Part shown: one piece after another, positions 24,621 through 36,955 of the stretch | Numbering within the stretch: position 1 is the stretch's first letter | Layout: every line of letters starts with the position of its first letter | From: Somniosus microcephalus | Lineage: Eukaryota | Direction of reading: 5' to 3' | Assembly: GCA_052327205.1 (NCBI GenBank) | Contig: CM126213.1 | Span: 166,036,001 to 166,100,000 of the forward strand | Length of the DNA stretch: 64,000 nt | Program-made: the position numbers and the translations under genes | The notes under the pieces: model-generated | What the model was told of the DNA's origin: nothing | Databases searched by the model: none | What the model saw: the letters and a program-made list of their open reading frames with translations, nothing else

Positions 24621-25920
24621 TTCATGAAGGTTCCATGACTCCTCGAGATGCAGTAAGACTGCCAAACTACATAATGATGTCCTCTGCAACAGTGAGGAAA
24701 TTTGGGTCACCACTCTACTGCCCTATATCAAAAAACTAGAAGCTACATCCAGGAGAATGGCTGTCGAGTTCCACAACAAAAGGACTGGCACAAACTATTA
24801 AGGCGTCACTCCTCAGCGATACAAGAAAAGAAAATAATTGTTTGGTAGGTTCTCTACAGAAGAATACCAATAACCAGGAAGACATTTTTCCCCCAAATAT
24901 GAATTTTCTGCAAACAGTTGTTCTCCTTTCTTCCCCCCTCCAACTCCAGAACTGTTGAGTGTTTACAGATACCAGAGACAAGAAAGATGGAAGCAAAGAG
25001 GACAAAAAAAACCCCACATAAAACCAGATCCCAATCACTAACGAGAATAACAAGAGATTCTAATGCAATCCTGAGGACATATTGAAGGAGATTCATCACC
25101 GTCATTGCATCACTCCAACTCTGCAAGCAGCTGGGTGCAAATAGATGGTTGCAAGGCTTCCTACAGCAGCAGTGCCAAAGACCTGAACAAATTTCTCTTC
25201 TAGTGCTGCACAAGTTGCAGTTTTGCAGATGGTGCAACAATCTGGCCACATCTCCGAACTTGTCGAGAGCGAACGCCAACACTGGGTCGACCATCCTCAT
25301 TAAATCCACTGGATTCAGGAGCAACAGATAGGTTTTCTCTGCAAACTATGCAACAGGTCTAAAGATCCATCACAGGGTGGATACAAGCTTGAACAATGAT
25401 GACAAGGGCACACGTTCGAGAATTCCTGCTCTTCCAGCTGCTCGCCCAGCCATCTTAGACACTCCTTTACTCCCAACACAAATCAGAAGTGATCAAACTG
25501 ATGTACCTGAAGACAGCTTGACACTTCTATACTGTAGAAGTCAGTAGCCAAAGTCATGACTTGTTTTTCTCCCAAAGTTATCGACTTAATCGCCTTAGCT
25601 CAAGAAAAAAAACTTACAAGGACAGTTTTAAATATGGAATGGACTATTCAAAAAATACAACTTCTATTTGGTCTGTAGCAGACCAACTATCTTGTCACCA
25701 CTGACATTAACAAGCTCTGCAAACATCACTGATACATCCACGAGGCATTTTGGTGCTCTTAGGAATTTTTGAAAAAACAAATTTGTAACATATTCAAATG
25801 TAAAAGACTACATTCAAAACGAAGGACAACATTCATTAGAATAATTGATCTCAAAGACTACAAACTCATTCATCCACAGGATTCAATCCTCATCTTTAAC
25901 TTGGACTGAAGATCATCAAT

Positions 25921-26545
25921 ACTGTGGCAACAAGAGCAAGTCAGAGGCTAGGTATTCTGCGGCGAATGTCTCACCTCCCGACTCCCCAAAGCCTTTCCAC
26001 CATCTACAAGGCACAAGTAAGGAGTGTGATGGAATACTCTCCACTTGCCTGGATGAGTGCAGCTCCAACAACACTCAAGAAGCTCGACACCATCCAGAAC
26101 AAAGCAGCCCGCTTGATTGGCACCCCATCCACCACCTTAAACATTCACTCCCTCCACCACCGGCGCACCGTGGCTGCAGTGTGTACCATCCACAAGATGT
26201 ATTGCAACAACTCGCCAAGGCTTCTTCGGCAGCACTTCCCAAACCCGCGACCTCTTCCACCTAGAAGGACAAGGGCAGCAGGCGCATGGGAACACCACCA
26301 CCTGCAAGTTCCCCTCCAAGTCACACACCATCCTGACTTGGAAGTATATCGCCGTTCCTTCATCGTCGCTGGGTCAAAATCCTGGAACTCCCTACCTAAC
26401 AACACTGTGGGAGTACCTTCACCACACGGATTGCAGCCGTTCAAGGCGACGGCTCACCACCACCTTCTTGAGGTCAATTAAGGATGGGCAATAAATGCTG
26501 GCCTTGCCAGCGAGGCCCACATCCCACAAAAGAATTTTAAAAAAA
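25921..26545 (+). mobile_element. CR1/L2-group LINE 3' fragment of a distinct family, with poly-A tail
   Basis: 185-aa ORF ASQRLGILRR...YKAQVRSVMEYS...LDTIQNKAARLI...SWNSLP; 3' UTR AATAAATGCTGGCCTTGCCAGC...A-tail. Confidence 0.85.
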
Positions 26546-26585
26546 TACCCCAAACTTGGCTACTGATTCTAGGCTGCACATAGGG

Positions 26586-26806
26586 TAATTCTCTGCCACA
26601 GAGGGCGGTGGAGGCCAATTCATTAAGTATATTCAAGAAAGAGTTGAATATATTTCTCAAGGCTAAAGGGATCAAGGGATATGGGGAGAAGGCAGGGACA
26701 GGGTACTGAATTTGGATGATCAGCCATGATCTCATTGAATGGAGGAGCAGGCTCGAAGGGCCGAATGGCCTACTCCTGTTCCTATCTTCTATGTTTCTAT
26801 GTTTCT
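26586..26806 (+). mobile_element. CR1 3' end, young subfamily
   Basis: Near-identical to 14860-15062; tail (TTTCTATG)n. Confidence 0.92.
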
Positions 26807-26893
26807 AAAACAGATTAATTATCACCCTGTCCCCTTCTCTTGGCTCCTTGACACATTATGAAAATTCTTTTCTGCTCAGCCGGTCAGTGATTG

Positions 26894-27226
26894 CAGGAAA
26901 CTTTTTTTAATCCGGCACCGACGGGACCAATGTGGTGCCGGTTCATAAAAAATTCCGGATAACCGAACGCTATAGTAAAAGATAGGGAGAGCTAAGAGCT
27001 CCGTATAAAGCAACAAACCCTGTTGCTTAGCAACAGGTTCAGAACAATGCCACAAGTTCCAAGCGTCTCTGTAGCTTAGCAACAGCTGCAGCCACACCCT
27101 TGCACAGCAACAGATGGAGGAAGGCAAGTACAATATGAAGTAAAACTTACTTGAAACTACTCCTGAATTTTGCCGGTTAACCGAGATTTCTGGTTATTTA
27201 GGTGCCGGTAAATCAAAAGTTTCCTG
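26894..27226. mobile_element. Tc1/mariner (pogo/Tigger-type) MITE, copy 1
   Basis: TIRs CAGGAAACT/AGTTTCCTG; flanks TG and TA; related copies at 29084 and 54162. Confidence 0.82.
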
Positions 27227-28282
27227 TAGTATATTCTGACAAGTGAGGAGACTGGCCCTTTGAGCCAGTCATTATTTTTTAACCACTTCAGGAAGTATGT
27301 TTCTGAACATCTTTGGGCCATCAACAAGAAAGAAGTGGAAAAATTAGGAGTGCCACACATAGGGGCATCTATTTACATTCAAAAGTTACCTACAACGCCA
27401 CCTTCTGCTTTAAAATCAGGATTGGTCTCTAACAAACTGAACTGATTTATTACTGGCATTTCAATGGAAAGACGTTGTAATCTACATCAGCCATCATTAT
27501 ACACCTAGGTCAAGACATGTTTAAAAGGTGCTCTGTTGGGCCTCCAGAGGATTTCATGAACTTACTAACAACTTATTTAATCTTTTAAGATAGTTTGTGC
27601 TCTCACCCATCCTTACAATCCCTTTAAAATTACCAGTAAAATTACCAGTGAGGCCTGGAGCTCTGCACGCCAAGAGCTGATTGGAAAGGTTGATTAATAC
27701 TGCCTGGTTGCGTATTCAAGTACTGTATTCAATTTCTCCCTTTTCCCCATTACATATAAGCATGAACTAGCTTATTCATAAAATGCTTATTTGTAACTCA
27801 GCCTTGAACTTTGGGTCATCTGTTTATTTGCACACAAACATTGCTCTACTGATAGAAAATTAAAATTCCAGTTGACTTGACAGACATGACTGCAGAACAT
27901 TTAGCAGAGTAAAATCCAGTGATTAAGAGAGAAATTTAATCACTTTAGAGTTTACACAACTTCGATTCTGTTCCATTTCCTCAATCTAGAAGTATCAGAC
28001 AAAATATGGAAAGAAACAGATTCACTAAAAGTTTGCAGTTTGGGAATTGAGCCACATGAATTTATTTAATTGAGTTCTCTAGTTCTGACAATATGCATTT
28101 ACAATACAGAAAATAAGATTTTTCCTCCCAAATAGTTGCTTGGGAAGGTTTTCTCACCTCCACTCTACACACCATTCCTAGTTTTCTCCCCTTTCTTGCC
28201 CCTCCTCACCTGCAGATGATGATTCTTGCTAAAGTGCTGTTTCACAGACTCGAGCAGCTTAAATACCATACCTAAATAGTCA

Positions 28283-30290
28283 TTCATAGGAACCGGAGGA
28301 GGCCATTCAGCCCTGAGTCTGTTCCTCCATTCCATTAGATCATAGCTAATCTTTACCTTAACTCCATTTATCCACTTTTGTTCTATATCCCTTCCTAACA
28401 AAAATCTCAATCTAACTCGGTCTTGAAATTTTCAATTGACCTTGCAGAGACAGCCTTTTAGGGAAGAATTCTAGATTTCCACTACCTTGTGTGTGAAAAA
28501 AGTGCTCCCTGATTTCACTTCTAAATAGCCTAGCTCTAATTTTATTATGCCCCCTTGTTCTGGATACCCCCACCAGAAGAAATAGCTTTGCCATATGTAC
28601 CATATCAAATCCCTTTAATATTTGAAATACCTCGATTAGGTCACCCCTCAAATTTCTAAACTCAAGGTAAGACAAGTCAAGATTATGCAACCTCTCCTCA
28701 TAATTTAACACTTTAAGCCCCAATATCATTCTGCTGAATCTCCGCTGCATCTCAAGGCCAATATATCCTTCCTGAGGTACAGTGCTCAAAACTGAACACA
28801 GTACTCCAGACGGGGTCTGACCAACACTCTGTACAACTGAAGCATCACCTCCTCTCCTTTGTATTCCAGCACGCTTGAGATAAAGGCTGACATTCCTTTT
28901 TGATTATTTTTGTACCTGTACACCAGCTTTTAGTGATTTTGTACCTGGATGTCCAAATTAGAGCTAGACTATTTAGAAGTGAAATCAGGGAGCACTTTTT
29001 TCACACACAAGGTAGTGGAAATCTAGAACTCTTCCCTAAAAGGCTGTCTATGCTAGGTCAATTTTGTTCACTCACTTAATCTACAGGAAACTTTTGATTT
29101 ACCAGCACCTAAATAACCGGAAATCTCGGTTAACCGTCAAAATTCAGGAGTAGTTTCAGGTAAGTTTTACTTCATATTGTACTTGCCTTCCTCCATCTGT
29201 TGCTGTGCAAGGGTGTGGCTGCAGCTGTTGCTAAGCTACAGAGACGCTTGGAACGTGTGACCATTGTTCTGAACCTGTTGCTAAGCAACAGGGTTTGTTG
29301 CTTTATACGGAGCTCTCAGCTCTCCCTATCTTTTACTATAGCGTTCGGTTATCCGGAATTTTTGATGAACCGGCACCACGTCGGTCCCGTATTTAAAAAA
29401 GTTTCCTGTATGTCCTTTTCTAACTTCTTGCTCACATCTACACAACTTACTGTACCTTCTAACTTAATGTCATCTGCAATCTTTGATATACAACTCTATA
29501 CCTTCATCCAACTCAATATATATGATGAAAAGCTGAAATATCAGTACAGATCCCTGGGGAACATCACTGGTCACACCCTGCCAATTAGAGAATATTTATT
29601 TTATCCATACTCTCTGTCTACTACATTCCAACCAATTACCAAACTATGTCACAAGGTTAATTCCAATTTCATGCACTCTCATTTTTGCTAATAATCACTT
29701 GTGTGGAACTTCATCCAATGCCTTCTGAAAATCCATGTGCACAACATGCAAAGACACTCTCCTACCCACCATGCAAATGACATCCTCAAAAAATTCAACT
29801 AGATTAGTCAGACCTGACCTACCTGTTACAAATCCATGCTGACACTCTCTGATCAGCTCATACTTGTCCAAGTGCTCAGTCACTCTGTCCCTGATCATGA
29901 ATTCCAGTAACTTCCCCACAATTGATATTAAACTGACAGGTCTATAGTTTCCCATTTCCTTTAAAAAAAAATGGCAAGGCACAATTCATGAATCGAACGT
30001 ACTTCGGAAACTTAGGCAAATTATGGAAAATTACACATTTGCAATTTCCTCACCTATTTCTCAATTCCCTGGGATAGAAACCATCAGGTCTTGGTGATTT
30101 CTCTATCCGAAGTCCCATTATTTTCTCCCATTACCTTTTTTTTTAAAAACTTAGATTAAATCCAGTTTCTCCCCTTGACTTATTTTTTAGGTACCCATGT
30201 TACCACTGATATTTTGTCCTCTTCGCCTACTGTGAAAATGGTTGTGTTCATTTGAAAAGTCTGCCATTTCCTTTTTTTTCCCCATTATAG
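28283..30290 (-). mobile_element. Old CR1 LINE fragment interrupted by an inverted duplication and a MITE
   Basis: Minus-strand GNYRPVSL, QHGFVTGRS, DFQKALDEVPH and LRGDLIEVF. Confidence 0.85.
29084..29408. mobile_element. Tc1/mariner-type MITE, copy 2 (inverted relative to copy 1)
   Basis: TIRs CAGGAAACT/AGTTTCCTG with TA on both sides. Confidence 0.85.
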
Positions 30291-30297
30291 TCTCACC

Positions 30298-30443
30298 CAA
30301 TATTTCCTTTAAGCTGCGCGGCCACACAGCGCTCCAAGCTCCTGCGCAGCTGGTTCACTGGCTTTTAAATAGAAAAACCGCGTATGCACGGAATTTTGAA
30401 TGGGTGGGCCGCACAGCCCCCCCAAAAAATTAAGGGAACACTG
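30298..30443. mobile_element. hAT MITE, copy 2
   Basis: Ends CAATATTTCC.../...GGGAACACTG; 8-bp TSD GTCTCACC/GTCTCACT. Confidence 0.75.
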
Positions 30444-33013
30444 GTCTCACTTGTACCTGCTTTTTTCGTTGTTTTCAATTCTTCATTTTATTACCTTACA
30501 ATGAGAAATTAATATAATAGAAATGTCACTATGTCCACTCAACATGGCCTCTCAATGTTGTGTAACACACCAGATATAAATAAAACTGTGTGTTAAAACA
30601 GACTGGTACACTTAACAAAGAAGCTCAGTGTGCCTCAGGAAGTGTTTGCTGGTACAGTAGCTGACAATAATTCTACTGCGGTTTTTAAAATTAAAAGCCA
30701 ATGAACTGTCTTGCTTTGTTGAGGCCTTCATTTGCAATATGGACATGGGAAAAAACTGCACCAGTCCATTTCCCAGCCAGCTTACGGTGTAAGGACAGAT
30801 GGAAAAGGCTGACTATACCTGACCAGGGATGACCCCAAAGAAAAAGCACAAGGGTAGAGGAATCCTCTTGGTGAAAATCTGCAAAAATTACAGAAACAGA
30901 AAATTTATTTCAAGTGACAGGGTTGGATGAGGTGTAGGAGGGGTAATTATATTGCCAGAGAGGTAGCTAAATTAAAGCTTTTGAATTAGTGAAACCTGTA
31001 AATCAGGGACACCAAAGGGACTTGCATCAAGTGTCCTTATTTTCAAAATGGTCATTGTATGTACAGTAAACCAGATGAGCCAAATATTCCAGGATTGGCT
31101 TTACCCCCTTAAGCAACTCTTCTTTTCTTTGCCCTCACCTGGGATCGCATCTAATTCTGGAGCTGTCAGGAAGTTGTAATTTCAGTTCATTTTCTGTTTG
31201 TTGGGTTTCCAAGTTCATTGTCATCCCATGTCCTAATCCTAGGGTCTGCTACATTGGCAGCCTGCAAAGGGAAAGGTGGCTGCTGTAGGACCAGATTGCC
31301 TGGCAGATACCAGCCAAATTGCGAGGGGAGGGGACCTCCACCCTCCGTGTGCTATAGCTGCTAATGTTTAATGTGGTGGGGGGTGGGTAGCAGCTCATCA
31401 GTACCTGACGTTCTGGTGGAGTAAGGTTGCGAACTCTGGTTGGAGGCATTCCTGGAGGTTTGATTGCGTTATGTTCTGACCACATGACCTCATTACTGTC
31501 TAACGGTTGCGAGTTGAAGACACTCCGACACATAAGGGAAGGGAGGAGTATCTGGACAGTTTAGAGTCATACAGCACAGAAAGAAGCCCTTCGGCCCATC
31601 ATGTCCACGCCAGCCATCAAGCCCTGTCTATTCTAATCCCATTTTCCAGCACTTGGTCCGTAGCCTTGTATGCTATGGCGTTTCAAGTGTTCATCTAAAT
31701 GCTTCTTGACTGTTGTGAGGGTTCCTGCCTCTACCACCCTCTCAAGCAGTGAGTTCCAGATTCCAACCACCCTCCGGGTGAAATTTTCTTTCCTCAAATC
31801 CCCTCTAAAGCTCCTGCCCCTTATCTTGAAACTATGCCCCCTGGTTATTGACCCCTCAACTAAGGGGGAAAGTTCCTTTCTATCTACGCCCCTCATAATT
31901 TTGTACACCTCAATCAGGTTCCCCCTCAGCCTTCTTTGCTCCAAGGAAAACAACCCCAGCCTGTCCAGTCTTTCTTCATAGCTGAAGCGCTCCAGCCCAG
32001 GTAACATCCTGGTAAATCTCCTCTGCACCCTCTCCAAAGCAATCACATCCTTCCTATAGTGTGGTGACCAGAACTGCACACAGTACTCCAGCTGTGGCCT
32101 TACCAGCGTTTTGTACAGCTCCATCATAACCTCCCTGCTCTTATATTCTATGCCTCGGCTAATGAAGGCAAGTATCCCATATGCCTTTTTAACCACCTTA
32201 TCCACCTGTTCTGCTGCCTTCAGGGATCTATGTACATGCACACCAAGGTCCCTCTGATCCTCTGTCTTTCCTAGGGTCTTACCATTCATTGTGTATTCCC
32301 TTGCCTTGTTAGTCCGTCCAAAATGCATCACCTCACTTTTCAGGGTTAAATTCCATTTGCCACTGTTCCGCCCATCTGATCAACCTATCTATATCGTCCT
32401 GTAGCCTGAGGCTTCCCTCCTCACTATTTACCACCCCACCAATTTTCGTGTCATCTGCAAACTTACTGATCATACCTTTTACATTCACATCCAAATCATT
32501 AATGTAGACCACAAACAGCAAGGGACCCAGCACCGATCCCTGCGGTACCCCACTGGACACAGGCTTCCAGTCACAAAAACAACCTTCCACCATCACCCTC
32601 TGCCTTCTGCCACTAAGCCAGTTTTGGATCCAATGTGCCAAGGCACCCTGGATCCCATGGGCTCTTACCTTCCTGACCAGTCTCCTATGCGGGACTTTAT
32701 CAAAAGCCTTACTGAAATCCATGTAGACCACATCCACTGCACTACCCTCATCCATACACCTAGTCACCCCCTCGAAAAATTCAATCAAATTGGTCAGACA
32801 TGATCTTCCGTTAACAAAGCCATGCTGGCTATCCCTAATTAATCCTTGCCTCTCCAAGTGGAGACTAATTCTGTCCCTCAGAATTTTTTCCAATAATTTC
32901 CCTACCACTGATGTTAGGCTCACTGGCCTGTAATTCCCTGGTTTATCCCTACTACCCTTCTTGTCTGTTGTACCAGTGTGCTTCAAGGAGACAACCATTG
33001 TGCCGTTACATAA

Positions 33014-35771
33014 ACGTAGAAACATAGAAGATAGGAGCAGGAGTAGACCATTCGGCCCTTCGAGCCTGCTCCGCCATTCAATGAGATCATGGCTGATCAT
33101 CCAAATTCAGTACCCTGTCCCTGCCTTCACCCCATATCCCTTGATCCCTTTAGCCTTAAGAAATATATCCAACTCTTTTTTGAATATATTTCATGAACTG
33201 GCCTCCACCGCCCTCTGTGGCAGAGAATTCCACAGGTTCACCACTCTCTGGGTGAAGAAATTCCTCCTCATTTCAGTCCTAAATGGCTTACCCCTTATCC
33301 TTAGACTGTGACCCCTGGTTCTGGACTCCCCGGCCATCAGAAACATCCTTCCTGCATCTAGTCTGTCCAGGCCTGACAGAATTTTATAGGTTTCGATGAG
33401 ATCCCCTCTCAATCTTCTAAACTCCAGTGAGTATAAGCCCAATCGACACAATCTCTCCTCATACGTCATTCCTGCCATCCCAGGTATCAGCCTGGTGAAT
33501 CTTCGCTGCACTCCTTCCATGGCAAGAACGTCCTTCCTCAGGTAAGGCGACCAAAACTGCACACAATACTCAAGGTGCGGTCTCACCAAGGCCCTGTACA
33601 ACTGTAGCAAGACATCCTTGTTCCTGTACTCGAACCCTCGTGCTACGAAGGCCAACATACCATTTGCCTTCTTAACCGCCTGCTGCACCTGCATGCTTAC
33701 CTTCAGCGACTGGTGCACAAGAACACCCAGGTCTCGTTGCACTTCCCCTTCTCCCAATCTATTGCCATTCAAATAATAATCTGCCTTCCTGTTTTTGCCA
33801 CCAAAGTGGATAACCTCACATTTATCCACATTATAGTGCATTTGCCATGTTTCTGCCCAATCACCCAATCTGTCCAAATCATACTGGAGTTTCACGACAT
33901 CCTCCTCACAGCTTACCCTCCTACCCAGCTTTGTGTCGTCTGCAAATTTGGAGATATTACATCCAATTCCCTCATCCAGATCATTAATATATATTGTGAA
34001 CAGCTGGGGTCCTAGGACCGATCCTTGCGGTACCCCACTCGTCACTGCCTGCCACTCGGAAAATGACCCGTTTATTCCAACTCTTTGCTTTCTGTCCGCC
34101 AACCAGTTCTCTATCCAAGTCAATACCTTGCCCCCAATCCCATGTGCCTTCATTTTGCACGCTAATCTCTTATGTGGGACCTTATCAAAAGCCTTCTGAA
34201 AGTCCAAATACACCACATCCACTGGTTCTTCCTTATCTATTTTACCAGTTACATCCTCAAAAAATTCCAGTAGATTAGTCAAGCATGATTTACCTTTTGT
34301 AAATCCATGTTGACTTTGTCCGATCCTGTCACTGCTTACCAAGTGCTCTGCTATTACATCTTTTATAATAGACTCTAGCATTTTCCCCACTACCAATGTC
34401 AGGCTTACCGGTCTATAATTCCCCGCTTTTTCTCTACCACCTTTTTTGAATAGTGGGGTAACATTAGCTACCCTCCAATCCATGGGTACCGTTCCAGAGT
34501 CTATAGAGTTCTGGAAGATGACCAGCAATGCATCTACTATTTCTAGGGCCACTTCCTTAAGTACCCTGGGATGTAGATTATCAGGCCCTGGGGATTTATC
34601 GGCCTTCAGTCCCATCAATTTTCCTAACACCATTTCCCTACAAATACTGATTTCTTTCAGTGCCACCCTTTCATCAGGCACCATGTTCCCCGGCATCTCT
34701 GGGAGGTTATTTGTGTCCTCCTTTGTGAAGACAGAACCAAAGTATGAATTTAGTTCGTCTGCCATTTCTTTGTTTCCCATTATAAATTCCCCTGATTCTG
34801 ACTGTAAGGGACCTACGCTTGACTTCACCAATCTTTTTCTCTTCACATATCTATAAAAGCTTTTACAGTCAGTTTTTATGTTCCCTGCAAGCTTACGCTC
34901 ATATTCTATTTTCCCTTTCTTAATTAATCCCTTTGTCCTCCTTTGTTGAATCCTAAACTGCTCCCAATCCTCAGGATTATTGCTTTTTCTGGCCAATTTA
35001 TATGTCGTCTCCTTGGATCTTATGCTATCCCTAATTTCCCTTGTTAGCCACGGTTGAGTCACTTTTTTTTTATGCCAAACTAGGATGAACAAATTCTGTA
35101 GCTCATCCATTCAGTCTTTGAATGTTTGCCATTGCCTATCCACCGTCAACCCTTTGAGTGCCATTCCCCAATCAATCCTACCCAACTCGCTCCTCAGACC
35201 ATTGTAGTTTCCTTTATTTAAATTGAGGACCCTAGTCTCTGAGTCAACTACTTCATTCTCCATCTTAATGAAGAATTCGATCATATTATGATCGCTCAGA
35301 CCCAAGGGGCCTCGTACAACAAGATTGCTAATTAATCCTTTCTCGTTACATAATACCCAGTCTAAGATGGCCTGATCTCTGGTTGGTTCCTCGACATATT
35401 GGTCCAGGAAACCATCCCGTAAATACTCCAGGAATTCCTCCTCCACAGTATTTACTAATTTGGTTGGCCCAATCTATATGTAGATTAAAATCACCCATGA
35501 TGACTGCTGTGCCCTTATTGCACGCTTCTTTAATTTCCCTTTTAATGCCATCCCCAACCTCCGCCTTACTGTTGGGAGGTCTATATACCACTCCCACTAA
35601 TGTTTTTTTCCCCTTAGTATTTCTCAATTCTACCCATACAGATTCCACATCATCAGAGCTAATATCCTTCATTACAATTGTATTAATCCCTTCTTTAAAC
35701 AGTAATGCTACCCCACCTCCCTTTCCTTTTTGCCTATCTTTCCTGAATATCGAATACCCCTGGATGTTGAG
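33014..35771 (-). mobile_element. Young CR1 LINE (partial APE endonuclease plus RT), nested in Rex1
   Basis: 639-aa ORF 33191-35110 with intact ISKFADDTKL; endonuclease motifs IMGDFN and SDHN upstream; few stops or frameshifts; (CATAGAA) tail at ~33015-33028. Confidence 0.96.
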
Positions 35772-35815
35772 TACCTAAGATCACCAAGGTAACAGGCCTC
35801 AATGACTATCGTCCT

Positions 35816-36955
35816 GTGGCTCTAACATCCATAGCCATGAAGTGCCTGGAAAAGCTGGTCATGATACACATAAGCAGCATCATATCCGATTCCTTGGACC
35901 CGTTCCAGTTCGCATATAGGGCGAACAGGTCTGTAGACGATGCCATCTCCCTAACACTACACACTGCCCTGGAACACCTAGACACGAGGGACACTTACGT
36001 CAGACTGTTGTTCATTGATTACAGTTCTGCATTTAATACTATTATTCCCTCCAAGCTGGTCCTGAAACTGAGGGACCTAGGCCTGGGCACCCCCATCTGC
36101 AATTGGATTCTGTATTTCCTGACTGGTAGGCCTCAAGTGGTGAAAATAGGGAACAACACCTCATCCACTCTGGTCCTCAACACCGGAGCGCCACAAGGCT
36201 GCTGCCTCAGTCCTTGGCTGTACTCTCTGTTTACACATGACTGTACAGCCATACACAGCAATAACCGGATTATCAAGTTTGCCAACAACACCACAGTAAT
36301 TGGCCTGATAAGCAACGATGACGAGACGGAGTACAGAGGTGAGATAGTCCAGCTGATGAGATGGTGCAATGACAACAACCTTGCCCTGAACGTTGGCAAG
36401 ACTAAGGAGCTCATCGTGGACTTCAGAAGCCACCGAGGGAACCATCGCCCCATCAGCATAGACAGGACACCAGTGGAAGTCGTCAGTTGCTTCCGATTCC
36501 TGGGACTGCAGATCTCTGATGACCTGGCCTGGAACCATAATACTGAGGCTATGCTGAAGAAGGCACACCAGCGCCTTTACCCTCTGCGGTGCCTGAGGAA
36601 ATGCGGCATAAGCACACAGTGGCTTGTGAACTTTTACCGCGGCACCATAGAGAGTGTCTTGACGAGTGGTGTCAATGTGTGGTATGGTAACACCACTGCA
36701 CAGAACAAGAAAGCCATCCAGAGAGTTGTGAATACGGCAGAAAAGATCATCGGGTGTGCACTCCCGTCCATCGAGGAGATCTTCCAGACCAGGTGCCGGA
36801 ACAAGGCCCGCTCCATCATCCAGGACCCCAATCACCCTGGGCACAAACTGTTCTCCCTCCTGCGGTCCGGACGTCGGTACTGCAGCATCCGAACCAGGAC
36901 CAGCAGGTTTAAGAACAATTTCTATCCACAGGCAGTGCGCCTACTGAACTGCTAA
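35816..36955 (+). pseudogene. Rex1 reverse transcriptase ORF, catalytically dead
   Basis: 379-aa ORF with [34 protein letters not shown] and LRSGRRY. The catalytic FADD reads FANN. Confidence 0.9.

Noticed and set aside
36161-36844. Antisense 227-aa ORF, and similar ORFs opposite CR1 and Gypsy genes
   Set aside because: Shadow frames of retroelement coding sequence.
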